From contig CAVUZH010000022.1 in assembly GCA_963745835.1 (NCBI GenBank), forward strand, positions 352,001 to 416,000: a stretch of 64,000 nt of DNA. The letters are read 5' to 3'. Numbering within the stretch: position 1 is the first letter of the stretch; each line of letters opens with the position of its first letter. A model generated the notes under the pieces. The model saw only the letters and a program-made list of their open reading frames with translations. It was not told where the DNA came from and searched no databases. Below are positions 42,377 to 52,630 of the stretch, piece by piece. Position numbers and translations under genes: made by a program. This DNA is from an uncultured delta proteobacterium (GTDB lineage: Bacteria; Desulfobacterota; Binatia; UBA9968).

Positions 42377-43236
42377 AGTCTGGTCTTTGGAAGGGATTTT
42401 CGGCGGCGATTTTTGCGCTCGCGATGACCCACATCGTGGCGCCCGAAGCTGCGCGCCCGCATGACGACAAAGTCGCTCCGATTGCATCGCACAATCAACC
42501 GGAGATTTTTAAGAACGTCGGGATTGAACAAAAGCTCGGCACCCGGCTGCCGCTAGAAACAAGCTTTCGCGATCAAACCGGCGCGTCGGTTTCGCTGCAA
42601 TCAACTTTATCCGGTAAGCCTGCAGTGCTGGTTTTTTCTTATTTCGACTGCCCCATGCTCTGTCCTCTGGTGCTTGAGGGATTGGTGCGGAGCCTCAAAC
42701 CTTTGTCGCTCAATGCGGGCCGCGATTTCGACGTGTTCGTGGTCAGCATTGATGAGCGGGATGGTCCGGAGATGGCGCAAAAAAAGCAACTCGAGATCAT
42801 CAATCGCTATGGCCGGAATCGCAGCGAGATTGGCTGGCACTTTCTCACCGGAGAAAAGAGCGCCATCGAAGAAATGACCCAAAGCGCCGGGTTCACTTAC
42901 GCCTGGGACGAGGCCAGCAAGCAGTACGTGCACGCATCCGGGATTTTCGTTCTTACGCCGCAGGGAAAGATAGCCCGGGTGCTCTACGGCATCGACTATA
43001 CAACGCGCGACGTTCGCCTGGCATTGGTGGAAGCCGGTGACGGCACCATTGGCAGCGCCATCGATCAACTGCTGCTCTACTGCTATCACTATAACCCGCT
43101 CACCGGAAAATATGGATTCGTAATCATGGGTGCTCTACGCCTGGCCGGAGTATCAACGGTGCTGGCGATGGCAACCTTTATTATCACGATGCTGCGGCGC
43201 GAGCGGCGCGGCTCAAACCCGGAAGCGGAGGCTTAG
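42373..43236 (+). CDS. SCO1/SenC copper chaperone
   Basis: YFDCPMLC, WHFLTG, YVHASG and LLYCYHYNP. Confidence 0.92.
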   Translation: MKSGLWKGFSAAIFALAMTHIVAPEAARPHDDKVAPIASHNQPEIFKNVGIEQKLGTRLPLETSFRDQTGASVSLQSTLSGKPAVLVFSYFDCPMLCPLVLEGLVRSLKPLSLNAGRDFDVFVVSIDERDGPEMAQKKQLEIINRYGRNRSEIGWHFLTGEKSAIEEMTQSAGFTYAWDEASKQYVHASGIFVLTPQGKIARVLYGIDYTTRDVRLALVEAGDGTIGSAIDQLLLYCYHYNPLTGKYGFVIMGALRLAGVSTVLAMATFIITMLRRERRGSNPEAEA

Positions 43237-43238
43237 CG

Positions 43239-44192
43239 GTGTTTGAAGACCTTCCGCTGTTCCCTGTGCCAGCCTCGACCTTCGCCGGCCAAGTCGATGC
43301 GCTCTACTTCTCTTTAGTGGCGATGGCCACTTTTTTCGTCGCTCTGATATTCGGCACGGTGATTTACTTTACGGCTAAGTATCGGCGCCGCTCCGCGACC
43401 GAGCGGCCGCCGCCTATCCACATCGACATGCGCCTAGAAATTCTCTGGTCGATTGTCCCGTTGATTTTGGTCATGATCAGTTTCGGCTGGGGCGCCAGCC
43501 TGTTCGTGCATATGTCCCAAGCGCCGGAGGACGCCCTGGAACTGCGCGCGGTGGGACGCCAGTGGATGTGGAAGCTGCAACACCCAAGCGGTGCCCGAGA
43601 AATCAATCAAATGCATATTCCGGTGGGCAAGCCGGTCAAAGTTATCCTCGCCTCGGAAGATGTCATTCATAGTTTTTATGTGCCGGCCTTTCGCATCAAG
43701 ATGGACGTCGTTCCGGGCCGATATACCACGACTTGGTTCGAAGCCAACCGGGAAGGCGAGTTTCACCTGTTCTGCGCCGAATACTGCGGCACGCAACATT
43801 CCGGAATGATTGGCAGAGTGGTCGCCATGAAGCCTGTCGACTACCAGAGGTGGCTTACCTCGCAAGCCGGTGATGAACCGATTGCGGTCAGCGGCGAGCG
43901 GTTGTTTCAGCAACTCGGGTGTGAAACCTGCCATCAGACCACCTCCACGGCGCAGGGACCGACGTTGACCGGCCTGTTCGGACGTCAAGTCAAACTCGAG
44001 TCGGGCGAGTCCGTGCTGGCCGACGAGGCATACATCCGCGAATCGATCCTCAATCCCCACAACAAGATCGTCGCCGGATACCGGCCGATCATGCCGACCT
44101 ATCAAGGCCAGATCAGCGAAGATGCGCTGCATCAGATCATCGTCTATCTAAGAACGCTCGGCAGAGCGCCGGAGGAAAAGAACCCATCATGA
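43239..44192 (+). CDS. coxB: caa3-type cytochrome c oxidase subunit II with fused cytochrome c
   Basis: QWMW, DVIHSF, CuA motif [12 protein letters not shown] and C-terminal CETCH..MP. Confidence 0.95.
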   Translation: MFEDLPLFPVPASTFAGQVDALYFSLVAMATFFVALIFGTVIYFTAKYRRRSATERPPPIHIDMRLEILWSIVPLILVMISFGWGASLFVHMSQAPEDALELRAVGRQWMWKLQHPSGAREINQMHIPVGKPVKVILASEDVIHSFYVPAFRIKMDVVPGRYTTTWFEANREGEFHLFCAEYCGTQHSGMIGRVVAMKPVDYQRWLTSQAGDEPIAVSGERLFQQLGCETCHQTTSTAQGPTLTGLFGRQVKLESGESVLADEAYIRESILNPHNKIVAGYRPIMPTYQGQISEDALHQIIVYLRTLGRAPEEKNPS

Positions 44193-45826
44193 GTGTGATA
44201 GCCGAGACCACCGTCGCCGCACGAGCGCGTCCGCCGCGACGGCATTATTTGAACGTCAATTACGGCGTTCGTTCCTGGCTATTTACCGTCGATCACAAAC
44301 GCATCGCACTGCTGTATCTGGTTTCAATCACTTTATTCTTTTTCCTGGGCGGGGCCGCGGCGGTGATGTTTCGCCTGGAGTTACTCACGCCTCAAGCGGA
44401 TCTTTTCGAAGCCGAGACGTACAACAAACTGTTCACCCTGCACGGATTGGTGATGATCTTCTTTTTTCTGATTCCATCGATACCCGCGGTGCTGGGAAAT
44501 TTTCTCGTACCCTTGATGATCGGCGCGCGCGATTTGGCGTTCCCCAAGTTAAATCTCTTGAGTTGGTACGTGTTCATCATCGGCGGTCTGTTCACGTTGA
44601 TGGCCGCCATCATGGGAGGGGTCGATACCGGCTGGACCTTCTACACCCCGTACAGCAGCACCTACGCTAATAGTTACGTGGCCCTAACCGTGACAGGAGC
44701 TTTCATTACCGGCTTCTCCTCGATCCTGACCGGCCTGAACTTTATCGTCACGATTCACAAAATGCGGGCGCCGGGAATGACCTGGCTACGCTTGCCGCTT
44801 TTCATTTGGTCCCACTATGCCACCAGCCTGATCATGGTACTGGGCACTCCGGTTTTGGCAATCAGCCTGGTTCTAGTTGCCCTGGAGCGGTTGTTTCAGT
44901 TAGGCATCTTCGATCCGCGCTTAGGCGGCGATCCGGTACTGTTCCAGCATCTATTTTGGTTTTATTCCCATCCTGCGGTTTACATCATGATCCTTCCGGC
45001 AATGGGCGTGGTCAGCGAGATCGTTCCGTGCTTCTCGCGCAAGTGTATTTTCGGCTATACGTTTATCGCTTTCTCCAGCATTGCCATTGCAGTCCTTGGC
45101 TTCTTTGTCTGGGGTCACCACCTGTTCGTCAGCAGCCAATCAGTTTATGCCGGGTTGGTTTTTTCGTTTCTCAGTATGCTAGTGGCGATTCCGTCGGCGA
45201 TCAAGGTATTTAATTGGACGGCGACGCTGTACAAAGGCTCGATCGTTTATCGCACGCCGTTGTTTTACGCGCTCGGATTTATCGGGCTGTTCACAATTGG
45301 CGGGCTGACGGGAATATTCGTTGCCACTCTGCCGATCGACGTGCATGTCCATGACACCTATTTCATAGTCGCCCATTTTCACTACATCATGGTCGGGGGC
45401 GCCATCATGGGGTACCTCGGCGGGCTCCATTTCTGGTGGCCGAAGATTACCGGCAGGCTTTATCCGGAAGGATGGGCGCGCTTCTCCGCTCTGATTATCT
45501 TCGTCGGCTTTAACCTGACGTTTTTTCCGCAATTTATTCTGGGATATCTAGGCATGCCGCGGCGCTATGCCGCCTATCCTGACGAGTTTCAAGTGCTTAA
45601 CGTCATGTCATCGGCGGGCGCTTCAATCCTCGGGGTGGGCTACCTGATTCCGTTGATTTATTTCTTCTGGTCGATGCGCTATGGCCCATACGCCGGCGCC
45701 AATCCTTGGGATGCCAGAGGCTTGGAGTGGACCACTGCTTCGCCGCCGCCAACCGATAACTTCGAGCATAAGCCGCGAGTATCGCAACCGGCGTACGCCT
45801 ACGAGGAGGAGCAGAAAGTTGGCTGA
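44189..45826 (+). CDS. coxA: Cytochrome c oxidase subunit I (A2-type, YS motif)
   Basis: [35 protein letters not shown] and GMPRRY. Confidence 0.97.
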   Translation: MSVIAETTVAARARPPRRHYLNVNYGVRSWLFTVDHKRIALLYLVSITLFFFLGGAAAVMFRLELLTPQADLFEAETYNKLFTLHGLVMIFFFLIPSIPAVLGNFLVPLMIGARDLAFPKLNLLSWYVFIIGGLFTLMAAIMGGVDTGWTFYTPYSSTYANSYVALTVTGAFITGFSSILTGLNFIVTIHKMRAPGMTWLRLPLFIWSHYATSLIMVLGTPVLAISLVLVALERLFQLGIFDPRLGGDPVLFQHLFWFYSHPAVYIMILPAMGVVSEIVPCFSRKCIFGYTFIAFSSIAIAVLGFFVWGHHLFVSSQSVYAGLVFSFLSMLVAIPSAIKVFNWTATLYKGSIVYRTPLFYALGFIGLFTIGGLTGIFVATLPIDVHVHDTYFIVAHFHYIMVGGAIMGYLGGLHFWWPKITGRLYPEGWARFSALIIFVGFNLTFFPQFILGYLGMPRRYAAYPDEFQVLNVMSSAGASILGVGYLIPLIYFFWSMRYGPYAGANPWDARGLEWTTASPPPTDNFEHKPRVSQPAYAYEEEQKVG

Positions 45827-46466
45827 GATACATGGCGCCGCGCTGGCGCATCAATTCGACGATCCCGAGCAGCAGGTTGAAGCGTCAACTCTCGGCATGT
45901 GGACGTTTCTGGCTACGGAGATCCTCTTTTTCGGCGGCTTGTTTGTCGCTTACATCGTCTATCGCCTGTCCTACCCGCAGGCGTTCGCCGCTGCCAGCCA
46001 TCATCTTGATATTATCCTTGGCACGATCAACACAGGAGTCCTGATCGGCAGCAGCCTGACAATGGTCCTGGCGGTTTACAGCGCGCAAATGGGCCGACCG
46101 CGTGGCCAAATCCTATTTCTTGCGGCAACGTTAGCGCTGGGTCTGGTTTTCCTCGGCATCAAGGGTGTTGAGTACCAGCACAAATTTCATGAGCACCTGG
46201 TTCCCGGCGCCGACTTTCAATTTAGTGACGCCGATCCACGTCACGCGGCGATCTTTTTCTCGCTCTATTTCGCTATGACCGGCATGCATGCTCTTCACAT
46301 GGTGATCGGCGCCGGGCTGATTATCTGGATGGCACTGCGCGCCTGGCGCGGAGAATTTTCCGCGAGCTATTATACTCCGGTGGAAATGGTCGGCCTCTAC
46401 TGGCATTTCGTTGATATCGTATGGATTTTTCTCTTCCCTCTGCTTTACCTGATTGGACGGCACTGA
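45819..46466 (+). CDS. coxC: Cytochrome c oxidase subunit III
   Basis: [25 protein letters not shown] and [14 protein letters not shown] start overlaps the coxA end. Confidence 0.93.
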   Translation: MAEIHGAALAHQFDDPEQQVEASTLGMWTFLATEILFFGGLFVAYIVYRLSYPQAFAAASHHLDIILGTINTGVLIGSSLTMVLAVYSAQMGRPRGQILFLAATLALGLVFLGIKGVEYQHKFHEHLVPGADFQFSDADPRHAAIFFSLYFAMTGMHALHMVIGAGLIIWMALRAWRGEFSASYYTPVEMVGLYWHFVDIVWIFLFPLLYLIGRH

Positions 46467-46744
46467 TGGACTCCCACACAACAGCACGAAGAAACACTTA
46501 TTTTCTGGTATTCGGCGCGCTGCTGGTTCTTACCTTAGTCACCGCCGGAGTGGCCTTCATTAATCTCGGGCCGCTTAACACGCCGGTTGCACTGGGCATC
46601 GCCATGATCAAAGCGGCGCTGGTAATGATCTACTTCATGCATCTTAGACACAGCACTTTTCTGGTCCGTGTATTTGCCGGAGCCGGCCTTATATGGTTGC
46701 TGCATTTTATCACCTTCACTTTGAGTGATTATCTCACGCGCTGA
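46466..46744 (+). CDS. coxD: Cytochrome c oxidase subunit IV
   Basis: IAMIKAALVMIYFMHL and DYLTR. TGATG coupling with coxC. Confidence 0.9.
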   Translation: MDSHTTARRNTYFLVFGALLVLTLVTAGVAFINLGPLNTPVALGIAMIKAALVMIYFMHLRHSTFLVRVFAGAGLIWLLHFITFTLSDYLTR

Positions 46745-46887
46745 CGCAGCGCCTTGCCATTTCCCAGCGTGCTGCTACCATTTCTCGTCGGTTTGATGCA
46801 GTTGTAAGGATCTGCCTTGTCTGATTCTGATACCTACATATAATCAATGCGCGGAGGGCTGGCTCTAAACTGTCGGTTCGATCACCG

Positions 46888-47622
46888 TTGAAACTGCACA
46901 AAGTCAAAGAAACGAGCACGCTATTTTCCGCGGTTAGCTACAACATTCATCAGTGCGTCGGTATCGATCGCCAGCGCAGGCCGGCAAGGATTGCTCAAGT
47001 TCTTAATGAACTCGATGCCGATGTGATCGGCCTGCAGGAAGTCCACTCTGAAAACAATGGCACCGGGGAGTCGCACCAGATGCAGTATCTGGCCGAGGCT
47101 ACAGGACGGATCGCCATCGCCGGACCGATGATCGCCCGAGCTAATGGCGAGTACGGCAACGTCTTGCTGTCGCGTCATCCGGTGATCAATGCGCGTCGCC
47201 TCGACTTGAGTGTTCCCGGGAGAGAAGCGCGCGGCGCCATCGACGTCGATATCGATACCGGCAATGGCGTACTGCGGGTGATTGTTTCTCACCTGGGATT
47301 GCGGGTACGCGAGCGCATCTACCAAACCAAACGTCTCCTGGGCGGTATCGCTAAAGAAGCCACCACGCCGGTGATTGTCCTGCTCGATTTCAACGAGTGG
47401 TTCCCCTGGGGCTTTCCCATTCTCCGCTTCAATGAAGAGTTCGGCAAAGCACCCTCCTTACGAACCTTCCCCTCGCCTGCGCCGATCTTTTCGCTCGATA
47501 GAATCTGGGTCAAACCGCAGCGAGCGCTGATCAGCGTGCGCCGCTGCATCACCCCGCTGACTCGAGTCGCATCAGATCATCTGCCGCTGCACGCCTGCAT
47601 CGACATTAATCGAAAAGAATAG
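46888..47622 (+). CDS. Endonuclease/exonuclease/phosphatase (EEP, YbhP-like) protein
   Basis: SYNIH, GLQEV, YGNVLLSR, SHLGL, DFNEW, LDRIW and ASDHLP. Confidence 0.9.
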   Translation: MKLHKVKETSTLFSAVSYNIHQCVGIDRQRRPARIAQVLNELDADVIGLQEVHSENNGTGESHQMQYLAEATGRIAIAGPMIARANGEYGNVLLSRHPVINARRLDLSVPGREARGAIDVDIDTGNGVLRVIVSHLGLRVRERIYQTKRLLGGIAKEATTPVIVLLDFNEWFPWGFPILRFNEEFGKAPSLRTFPSPAPIFSLDRIWVKPQRALISVRRCITPLTRVASDHLPLHACIDINRKE

Positions 47623-47812
47623 CTCACCGGAGATTGCTCCGTTGACGGGGGGCGCACTCATGAGCATCCATGATCTTTGAATGATCGATTGTCGTCCCAG
47701 TTCTGCATGCGAGCTTTGCGCGCTCGTACCGGCTTTGGGACGAGGAATCGGCGCTGGCGAGACACGCAAGGATAACGTGGGGCAAACATCGAGTGTGAAA
47801 ACACCGGCTCCG

Positions 47813-47828
47813 TGGCATATTTCTTGCC
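47813..47828 (+). promoter_or_regulatory. sigma54 -24/-12 promoter of the BON-gfo-hemerythrin-bfr gene run
   Basis: TGGCATATTTCTTGCC, about 40 bp upstream of ATG 47867. Confidence 0.8.
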
Positions 47829-47866
47829 CCTAGTAATTTAATTACGACAGATCCCGGAGCGTTTTC

Positions 47867-48248
47867 ATGATCAGGAAATCACTGGCAGTGTTTATTGTTC
47901 CTGGCGATCGCAGCGGTTGCCTGCAACAGATCCGGTGATTCCGACAACAAAGCACCTACCCTCAGCGAAACGACAGTGATGGTGCGGAGCAACGCGGACC
48001 TCGAGAGTGCAGTTAAAGCGAAGTTCAAAGCCGACGAACAGTTGAGATCGGCGGATCTTGGCGTCAGCGCTAATTCGACTAACAATGAGATTACTCTCTC
48101 AGGGTCAGTTGAATCTGAGGCGTTGCGTTCCAAAGCAGTCGATCTGGCTAAGAGCGTCGATTCAGGATTGACCGTGAACGATCAAATCGAAGTAAAACCA
48201 AGTGGCCGCACCGCAACTGTTCTTCCAAACCAGCAGCACCATGGCTGA
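47867..48248 (+). CDS. BON (OsmY-like) domain lipoprotein, apparent 1-nt insertion in signal peptide
   Basis: DLESAVKAKF..ITLSGSV..AVDLA..VNDQIEV and lipobox AVAC. ATG 47867 with GGAG RBS gives MIRKSLAV-LLFLAIAAVAC if one T in GTGTTTATTG is removed. Confidence 0.8.
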
Positions 48249-49347
48249 ACGAGCTAAAATCAGATACGCCGTGGTCGGCCTCGGGCACATCGCGCAAGTT
48301 GCCGTCTTGCCTGCATTCGCTCACGCCCGCCAGAATTCCCAGCTCACCACCTTGGTGTCGGATGATCCGGTCAAGCATGAAAAACTCCGCAGTAAATACA
48401 AAATCCAACATAGTTACTCGTATGAGGAGTATGACAAGTGCTTGAGCAGCGGCGCTATCGATGCCGTGTATATCGCGCTGCCTAACAACCTCCACTGTGA
48501 CTTTACCGTGCGCGCGGCACGAGCCGGCATCCATGTTCTCTGTGAAAAGCCGATGGCGGTGACTGAAGATGACTGCGAGAAGATGATTTCGGCCGCCGAA
48601 AAGGGCGGAGTGAAGCTAATGATTGCCTACCGCCTTCATTTCGAGAAGGCCAATCTTGAAGCGGTCGAGATTGCGCGTTCCGGCAAACTAGGTGAGCCGC
48701 GATTCTTCTCGTCCGTGTTTGCAATGCAAGTAAAGGAAGATAACATTCGGCTGAAACGAGAGCTCGGCGGCGGCACGCTCTACGATATCGGCGTGTACTG
48801 CATCAATGCAGCGCGCTCCCTGTATCAGGCCGAGCCGTCGGAAGTCCACGCGTTCAGCATCAGCGGTAAAGACCCGCGCTTCGGGGAAATCGATGAGATG
48901 ACCGGCGCGGTTTTGCGTTTTCCCGAAGGGCGCTTAGCATCATTCACCTGCAGCTTTGGAGCCGCGGATGTATCGGCCTATGAGCTGGTCGGCACCGAGG
49001 GTAGCCTGCATGTTGAACCGGCTTACGAGTATGTTGGAGAGCTCAAGCACCGGCTCACCGTCAAAGGCAAAACCCGCGAACGGACTTTTTCCAGCCGTGA
49101 TCAATTTGCCCCGGAGCTAATCTATTTTTCCAACTGCATTATCAATAATGTCGATCCGGAACCATCCGGAGCGGAAGGATTGGCCGATGTGCGCGTTATC
49201 CGCGCACTATACCGTTCGGCGGAAATCGGCAGCGTCGTAGAACTGGAACCCTATATCAAACGGCAGAGACCGGGAATCGAACAGGAGATCAGCCGGCCTC
49301 CGGTAGACAAACCCGAGCTGGTAAACGTACAGAGCGCATCGGAGTAA
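48241..49347 (+). CDS. Gfo/Idh/MocA oxidoreductase (glucose-fructose oxidoreductase-like)
   Basis: YAVVGLGHIA, VYIALPN, HVLCEKPMA, IAYRLHF and GGGTLYDIGVY. Confidence 0.92.
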   Translation: MAERAKIRYAVVGLGHIAQVAVLPAFAHARQNSQLTTLVSDDPVKHEKLRSKYKIQHSYSYEEYDKCLSSGAIDAVYIALPNNLHCDFTVRAARAGIHVLCEKPMAVTEDDCEKMISAAEKGGVKLMIAYRLHFEKANLEAVEIARSGKLGEPRFFSSVFAMQVKEDNIRLKRELGGGTLYDIGVYCINAARSLYQAEPSEVHAFSISGKDPRFGEIDEMTGAVLRFPEGRLASFTCSFGAADVSAYELVGTEGSLHVEPAYEYVGELKHRLTVKGKTRERTFSSRDQFAPELIYFSNCIINNVDPEPSGAEGLADVRVIRALYRSAEIGSVVELEPYIKRQRPGIEQEISRPPVDKPELVNVQSASE

Positions 49348-49382
49348 AACAACCAATTGTCACTTAAGAATGGAGGAACGAT

Positions 49383-50035
49383 ATGCCTAATGCAACTCAG
49401 ATGATTCGTCAGGACCACAAGAAAGTCGAAGGGTTGTTTAAAAAATTTGAGCAGACCCAAGGGTCGCAAGCCAAACGCCGGTTGGCTGAGAATGCCATGG
49501 CTGAGCTCGAAGTTCATGCTGCTCTCGAGGAGGAAATCTTCTACCCCGCGGTGAAAAATGAAGTCGATGACGGCTCGTCGATGGTCCAGGAGGCGATCGA
49601 GGAACACCAAACCGTCAAACAACTGATCAGCGAGCTTAAGAGGATGGAAGAAGCGGACCAAGAATTCGAATCGCAATTCTCCCAGCTAATGGAAAATGTG
49701 CAGCACCATGTTGAGGAGGAAGAGAGCGAAATGTTGCCCAAGGTTGAAGAGAGCGAGCTCGATCTAAACTCGCTGGGTCAGCAGATGTCGCAAAGAAAGC
49801 AGGAAATGCAGAACGGCGGTCGCGCAACTAAGAAGGCATCGAGTGCCAGATCGCCGGAAGATCCAATGCCGGATCCCGCCGGAAACGCGCCGGTTCCAAG
49901 TCCACAGCAGCCCGGAAGTCCGCGGGCAAAAAGGCAGGTAGCAAGACTGCAGCGCGTAAGACCGGCAGCACGAAAAAGAGCACCGGGCGCAAGGCGACTA
50001 AAAAATCAGGAAGCCGCTCCAGGCGGCGAGCTTAA
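49383..50035 (+). CDS. Hemerythrin/HHE-domain protein with Lys/Arg-rich tail (apparent frameshift near 49852)
   Basis: QDHKKV, VHAALEEEIFYP, EEHQ and HHVEEEESEMLP. The shifted frame encodes AGRSNAGSRRKRAGSKSTAARKSAGKK...RSRRRA* ending at 50035; the as-read ORF ends at 50075. Confidence 0.82.
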
Positions 50036-50161
50036 AAAAGAGGCACATTCCGCTAGCACTGCCGCCGATAAATAGCGCCCCAAAGCGGACAATCATCGAC
50101 TTGCGCCGCAGCCGACAATTTGGCTATAAGCGGTGATGAGTTCACTGTGAAAGGAGGATTT

Positions 50162-50716
50162 ATGGCTGATAAGCCTTTTTTGACCGATATCAAGACGCTC
50201 CGAGAGCGGGCGCGTCAACACATCGAACAAGGCGCCATCACGCCGGGTTACAAAGCCGATCGCGACACCGTCGTTAAACTACTCAATGAAGCGTTAGCGA
50301 CGGAGATCGTGTGCACACTGCGCTACAAGCGACACTATTACATGGCTTCGGGAATCCATGCTCAGGCAGTGGCCCAGGAGTTTCTCGAGCACGCCAACCA
50401 AGAACAGGGACATGCCGATCAAATCGCCCAGCGTATCGTTCAGCTCGGCGGCGCTCCTGACTTATCGCCCGATGGCCTAACGACCCGCAGTCACGCAGAG
50501 TATGTCGAAGGCGAAACCCTCCTCGACATGATTAAAGAGGATCTGGTAGCCGAGCGCATTGCCATCGACAGCTATCGGGAGATGGCGCACTATATGGGCG
50601 AAAATGACTCCACCAGCCGTCGATTGATGGAAGAGATCTTGGCGGTCGAAGAAGAGCACGCTGACGATCTCGTCACACTATTACAAGAGTTGGGCACGGA
50701 TCACGGATCGAAATAA
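50162..50716 (+). CDS. Bacterioferritin/Dps-like ferritin-like protein
   Basis: LNEALATEIVCTLRY, EHANQEQGHAD, EDLVAERIAIDSY and EEEHADDL. AAAGGAGG RBS before ATG 50162. Confidence 0.9.
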   Translation: MADKPFLTDIKTLRERARQHIEQGAITPGYKADRDTVVKLLNEALATEIVCTLRYKRHYYMASGIHAQAVAQEFLEHANQEQGHADQIAQRIVQLGGAPDLSPDGLTTRSHAEYVEGETLLDMIKEDLVAERIAIDSYREMAHYMGENDSTSRRLMEEILAVEEEHADDLVTLLQELGTDHGSK

Positions 50717-50769
50717 AATACTAAACTGTTCAATCGGCTAGACAAACTCAACAGAAGAAAGGAACTACT

Positions 50770-51030
50770 ATGTTTGGATGGATTGGATGGATTATCTTCG
50801 GACTGATTGTCGGAATCGTCGGGAAGTTCTTGATGCCAGGGCGCGATCCCGGTGGATTTATCGTTACGATTCTGTTAGGCATTGCCGGCGCCTTGCTGGG
50901 CGGCTTCGTCGGGCGTGCTCTCGGGTTCTATCAAGAAGGGGAGCCAGCCGGCTTCATCATGGCGGTGATCGGTGCGATCATTTTGCTGGCGATCTATCGC
51001 GCGGTAGTCGGGCGACGGCGCACTGTTTAA
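50770..51030 (+). CDS. GlsB/YeaQ/YmgE family stress membrane protein
   Basis: WIIFGLIVG..LMPGRDPGG..TILLGIAGA..GG..AVIGAIILL. Confidence 0.92.
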   Translation: MFGWIGWIIFGLIVGIVGKFLMPGRDPGGFIVTILLGIAGALLGGFVGRALGFYQEGEPAGFIMAVIGAIILLAIYRAVVGRRRTV

Positions 51031-51068
51031 CCGCGGCCGTTAACCCGTTCTTCGTTCGACGTTCAGGC

Positions 51069-51117
51069 TCAAGGCTCAATCGGTGACGGCTCTAAAAGGC
51101 TGACGTTTGAGCCTTGA
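51069..51117. repeat. Intergenic 11-bp inverted repeat (REP-like or terminator-like)
   Basis: TCAAGGCTCAA (51069-51079) ... TTGAGCCTTGA (51107-51117). Confidence 0.65.
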
Positions 51118-51198
51118 ACTTCTAACGTTCAACGCCCATAGCTTTCCAATTAGGCCTCCATCAAGTGGGTTTTCTGGCAGGCCATCGGATAATTTTGC

Positions 51199-52152
51199 AT
51201 GCTCAAAATCGGATATAAGCTGTCGAGCGAGGAGCATCGGCCACAGGATTTAATCGCTCAAGCACGGCGAGCCGAACAATGCGGATTCAGGTTCGCGATG
51301 ATTTCCGATCACTTTCATCCATGGATCGATGCGCAGGGACAGAGCCCGTTTGTATGGCCGGTGATTGGTGCGATCGCTCAAGTGACCAGCAAACTGCTGC
51401 TAGGCACCGCAGTGACTTGTCCGACCATCAGAATACATCCCGGCATCATTGCGCAAGCGGCGGCTACGGCCGCTTCCATGATGCCGGGGCGCTTCATCCT
51501 CGGTTTGGGAGCAGGGGAAAATCTTAATGAACATATCTTTGGGGATCGGTGGCCGCCGGTGCGCATTCGCCATGCCATGCTTAAGGAAGCCGTGGAAATC
51601 ATCCGCTTGCTTTGGCGCGGAAAGCAGGAAAATTTCTCCGGCGAGTATTACCAGGTAGAGAACGCGCGCCTCTATACCTTACCGGATGAGCTGCCACCAA
51701 TTGCACTCGCCGCCAGTGGCTCAAACGCGGCCAAGCTGGCGGCAGAAATCGGCGATGGTTTTGTCGGCACTACCCCCAATGCGGAGATAATCGATGTTTT
51801 CAATCGCTCGGCCGGCAGCGGAAAACCACGATACGGCGAGCTCACCGTCTGCTGGGCCGAAAACCAAAATCAAGCTGAGGAGACCGCGTACAAGGAGTGG
51901 CCGATCTCAGGACTGAGTGGGCCGCTGATGTCCGAGTTGGCGCTGCCGAATTATTTCGAACAAGCAGCCACTATGATCGACAAAGGCGCAGTGGCAAAAA
52001 CTGTCATCTGCGGACCCGATCCCGAACGTCACTGGGAAGCAATTCAGGAGTATGAGCGCGCCGGTTACGATCATGTTTTTGTCCATCAGGTGGGTGCCGA
52101 TCAGGAAGGCTTTTTTCAATTCTACGAGCGAGAGATTCTGCCGCGGCTCTAG
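51199..52152 (+). CDS. LLM-class F420-dependent oxidoreductase, G6PDH-like family
   Basis: SSEEH, ISDHFHPW, TAVTCPT, GLGAGENLNEH and ENARLY. Confidence 0.88.
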   Translation: MLKIGYKLSSEEHRPQDLIAQARRAEQCGFRFAMISDHFHPWIDAQGQSPFVWPVIGAIAQVTSKLLLGTAVTCPTIRIHPGIIAQAAATAASMMPGRFILGLGAGENLNEHIFGDRWPPVRIRHAMLKEAVEIIRLLWRGKQENFSGEYYQVENARLYTLPDELPPIALAASGSNAAKLAAEIGDGFVGTTPNAEIIDVFNRSAGSGKPRYGELTVCWAENQNQAEETAYKEWPISGLSGPLMSELALPNYFEQAATMIDKGAVAKTVICGPDPERHWEAIQEYERAGYDHVFVHQVGADQEGFFQFYEREILPRL

Positions 52153-52446
52153 TTCGTGCCAGCATAATACTCGCCTGCAACCCTCGTCCTTGATGTAGAA
52201 GGTCTTGCGACTGAGTAACTTTATCAACTACTCGGTTCGGTTAATCTGCGCGGTTCCACACGCCCCTCGCGAGCTAAAGCGTCAAGCTCCTCAAGATTTC
52301 GGCGCAGCTTTGTCTCCGGCAATTGCCAATCTGAAAATACCGGCCCAATGTCGCTACCGTATCACGGGTGTGCTAACTCGCGGAGCGCGCCACCCTAGAT
52401 CAGCCACATTCGTTGCGCTTCTTGTTCAAACCTATCGTAAAACCTT

Positions 52447-52496
52447 CGTCCCGTTTGCGAAAGGCACTTGCTGCTGCTTTACCCGGATTCGGGACA
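52447..52496. promoter_or_regulatory. Candidate tandem activator-binding sites
   Basis: CGTCCC-GTTT-GCGAAA (52447-52462) and ACCCGG-ATTC-GGGACA (52481-52496), upstream of the sigma54 promoter at 52566. Confidence 0.45.
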
Positions 52497-52565
52497 TAAT
52501 TCGCCGTAAAGATCGGACCCTCGACGGGCATCATCGAGAATGCAACACTATTATTTCTATATACG

Positions 52566-52581
52566 TGGCATATCGGTTGCA
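52566..52581 (+). promoter_or_regulatory. sigma54 -24/-12 promoter
   Basis: TGGCATATCGGTTGCA, 50 bp upstream of ATG 52631. Confidence 0.82.
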
Positions 52582-52630
52582 CAAACGCTGACGGACGCAA
52601 CGCCACAAATCGTAGAAAGGAGAAAAACTG

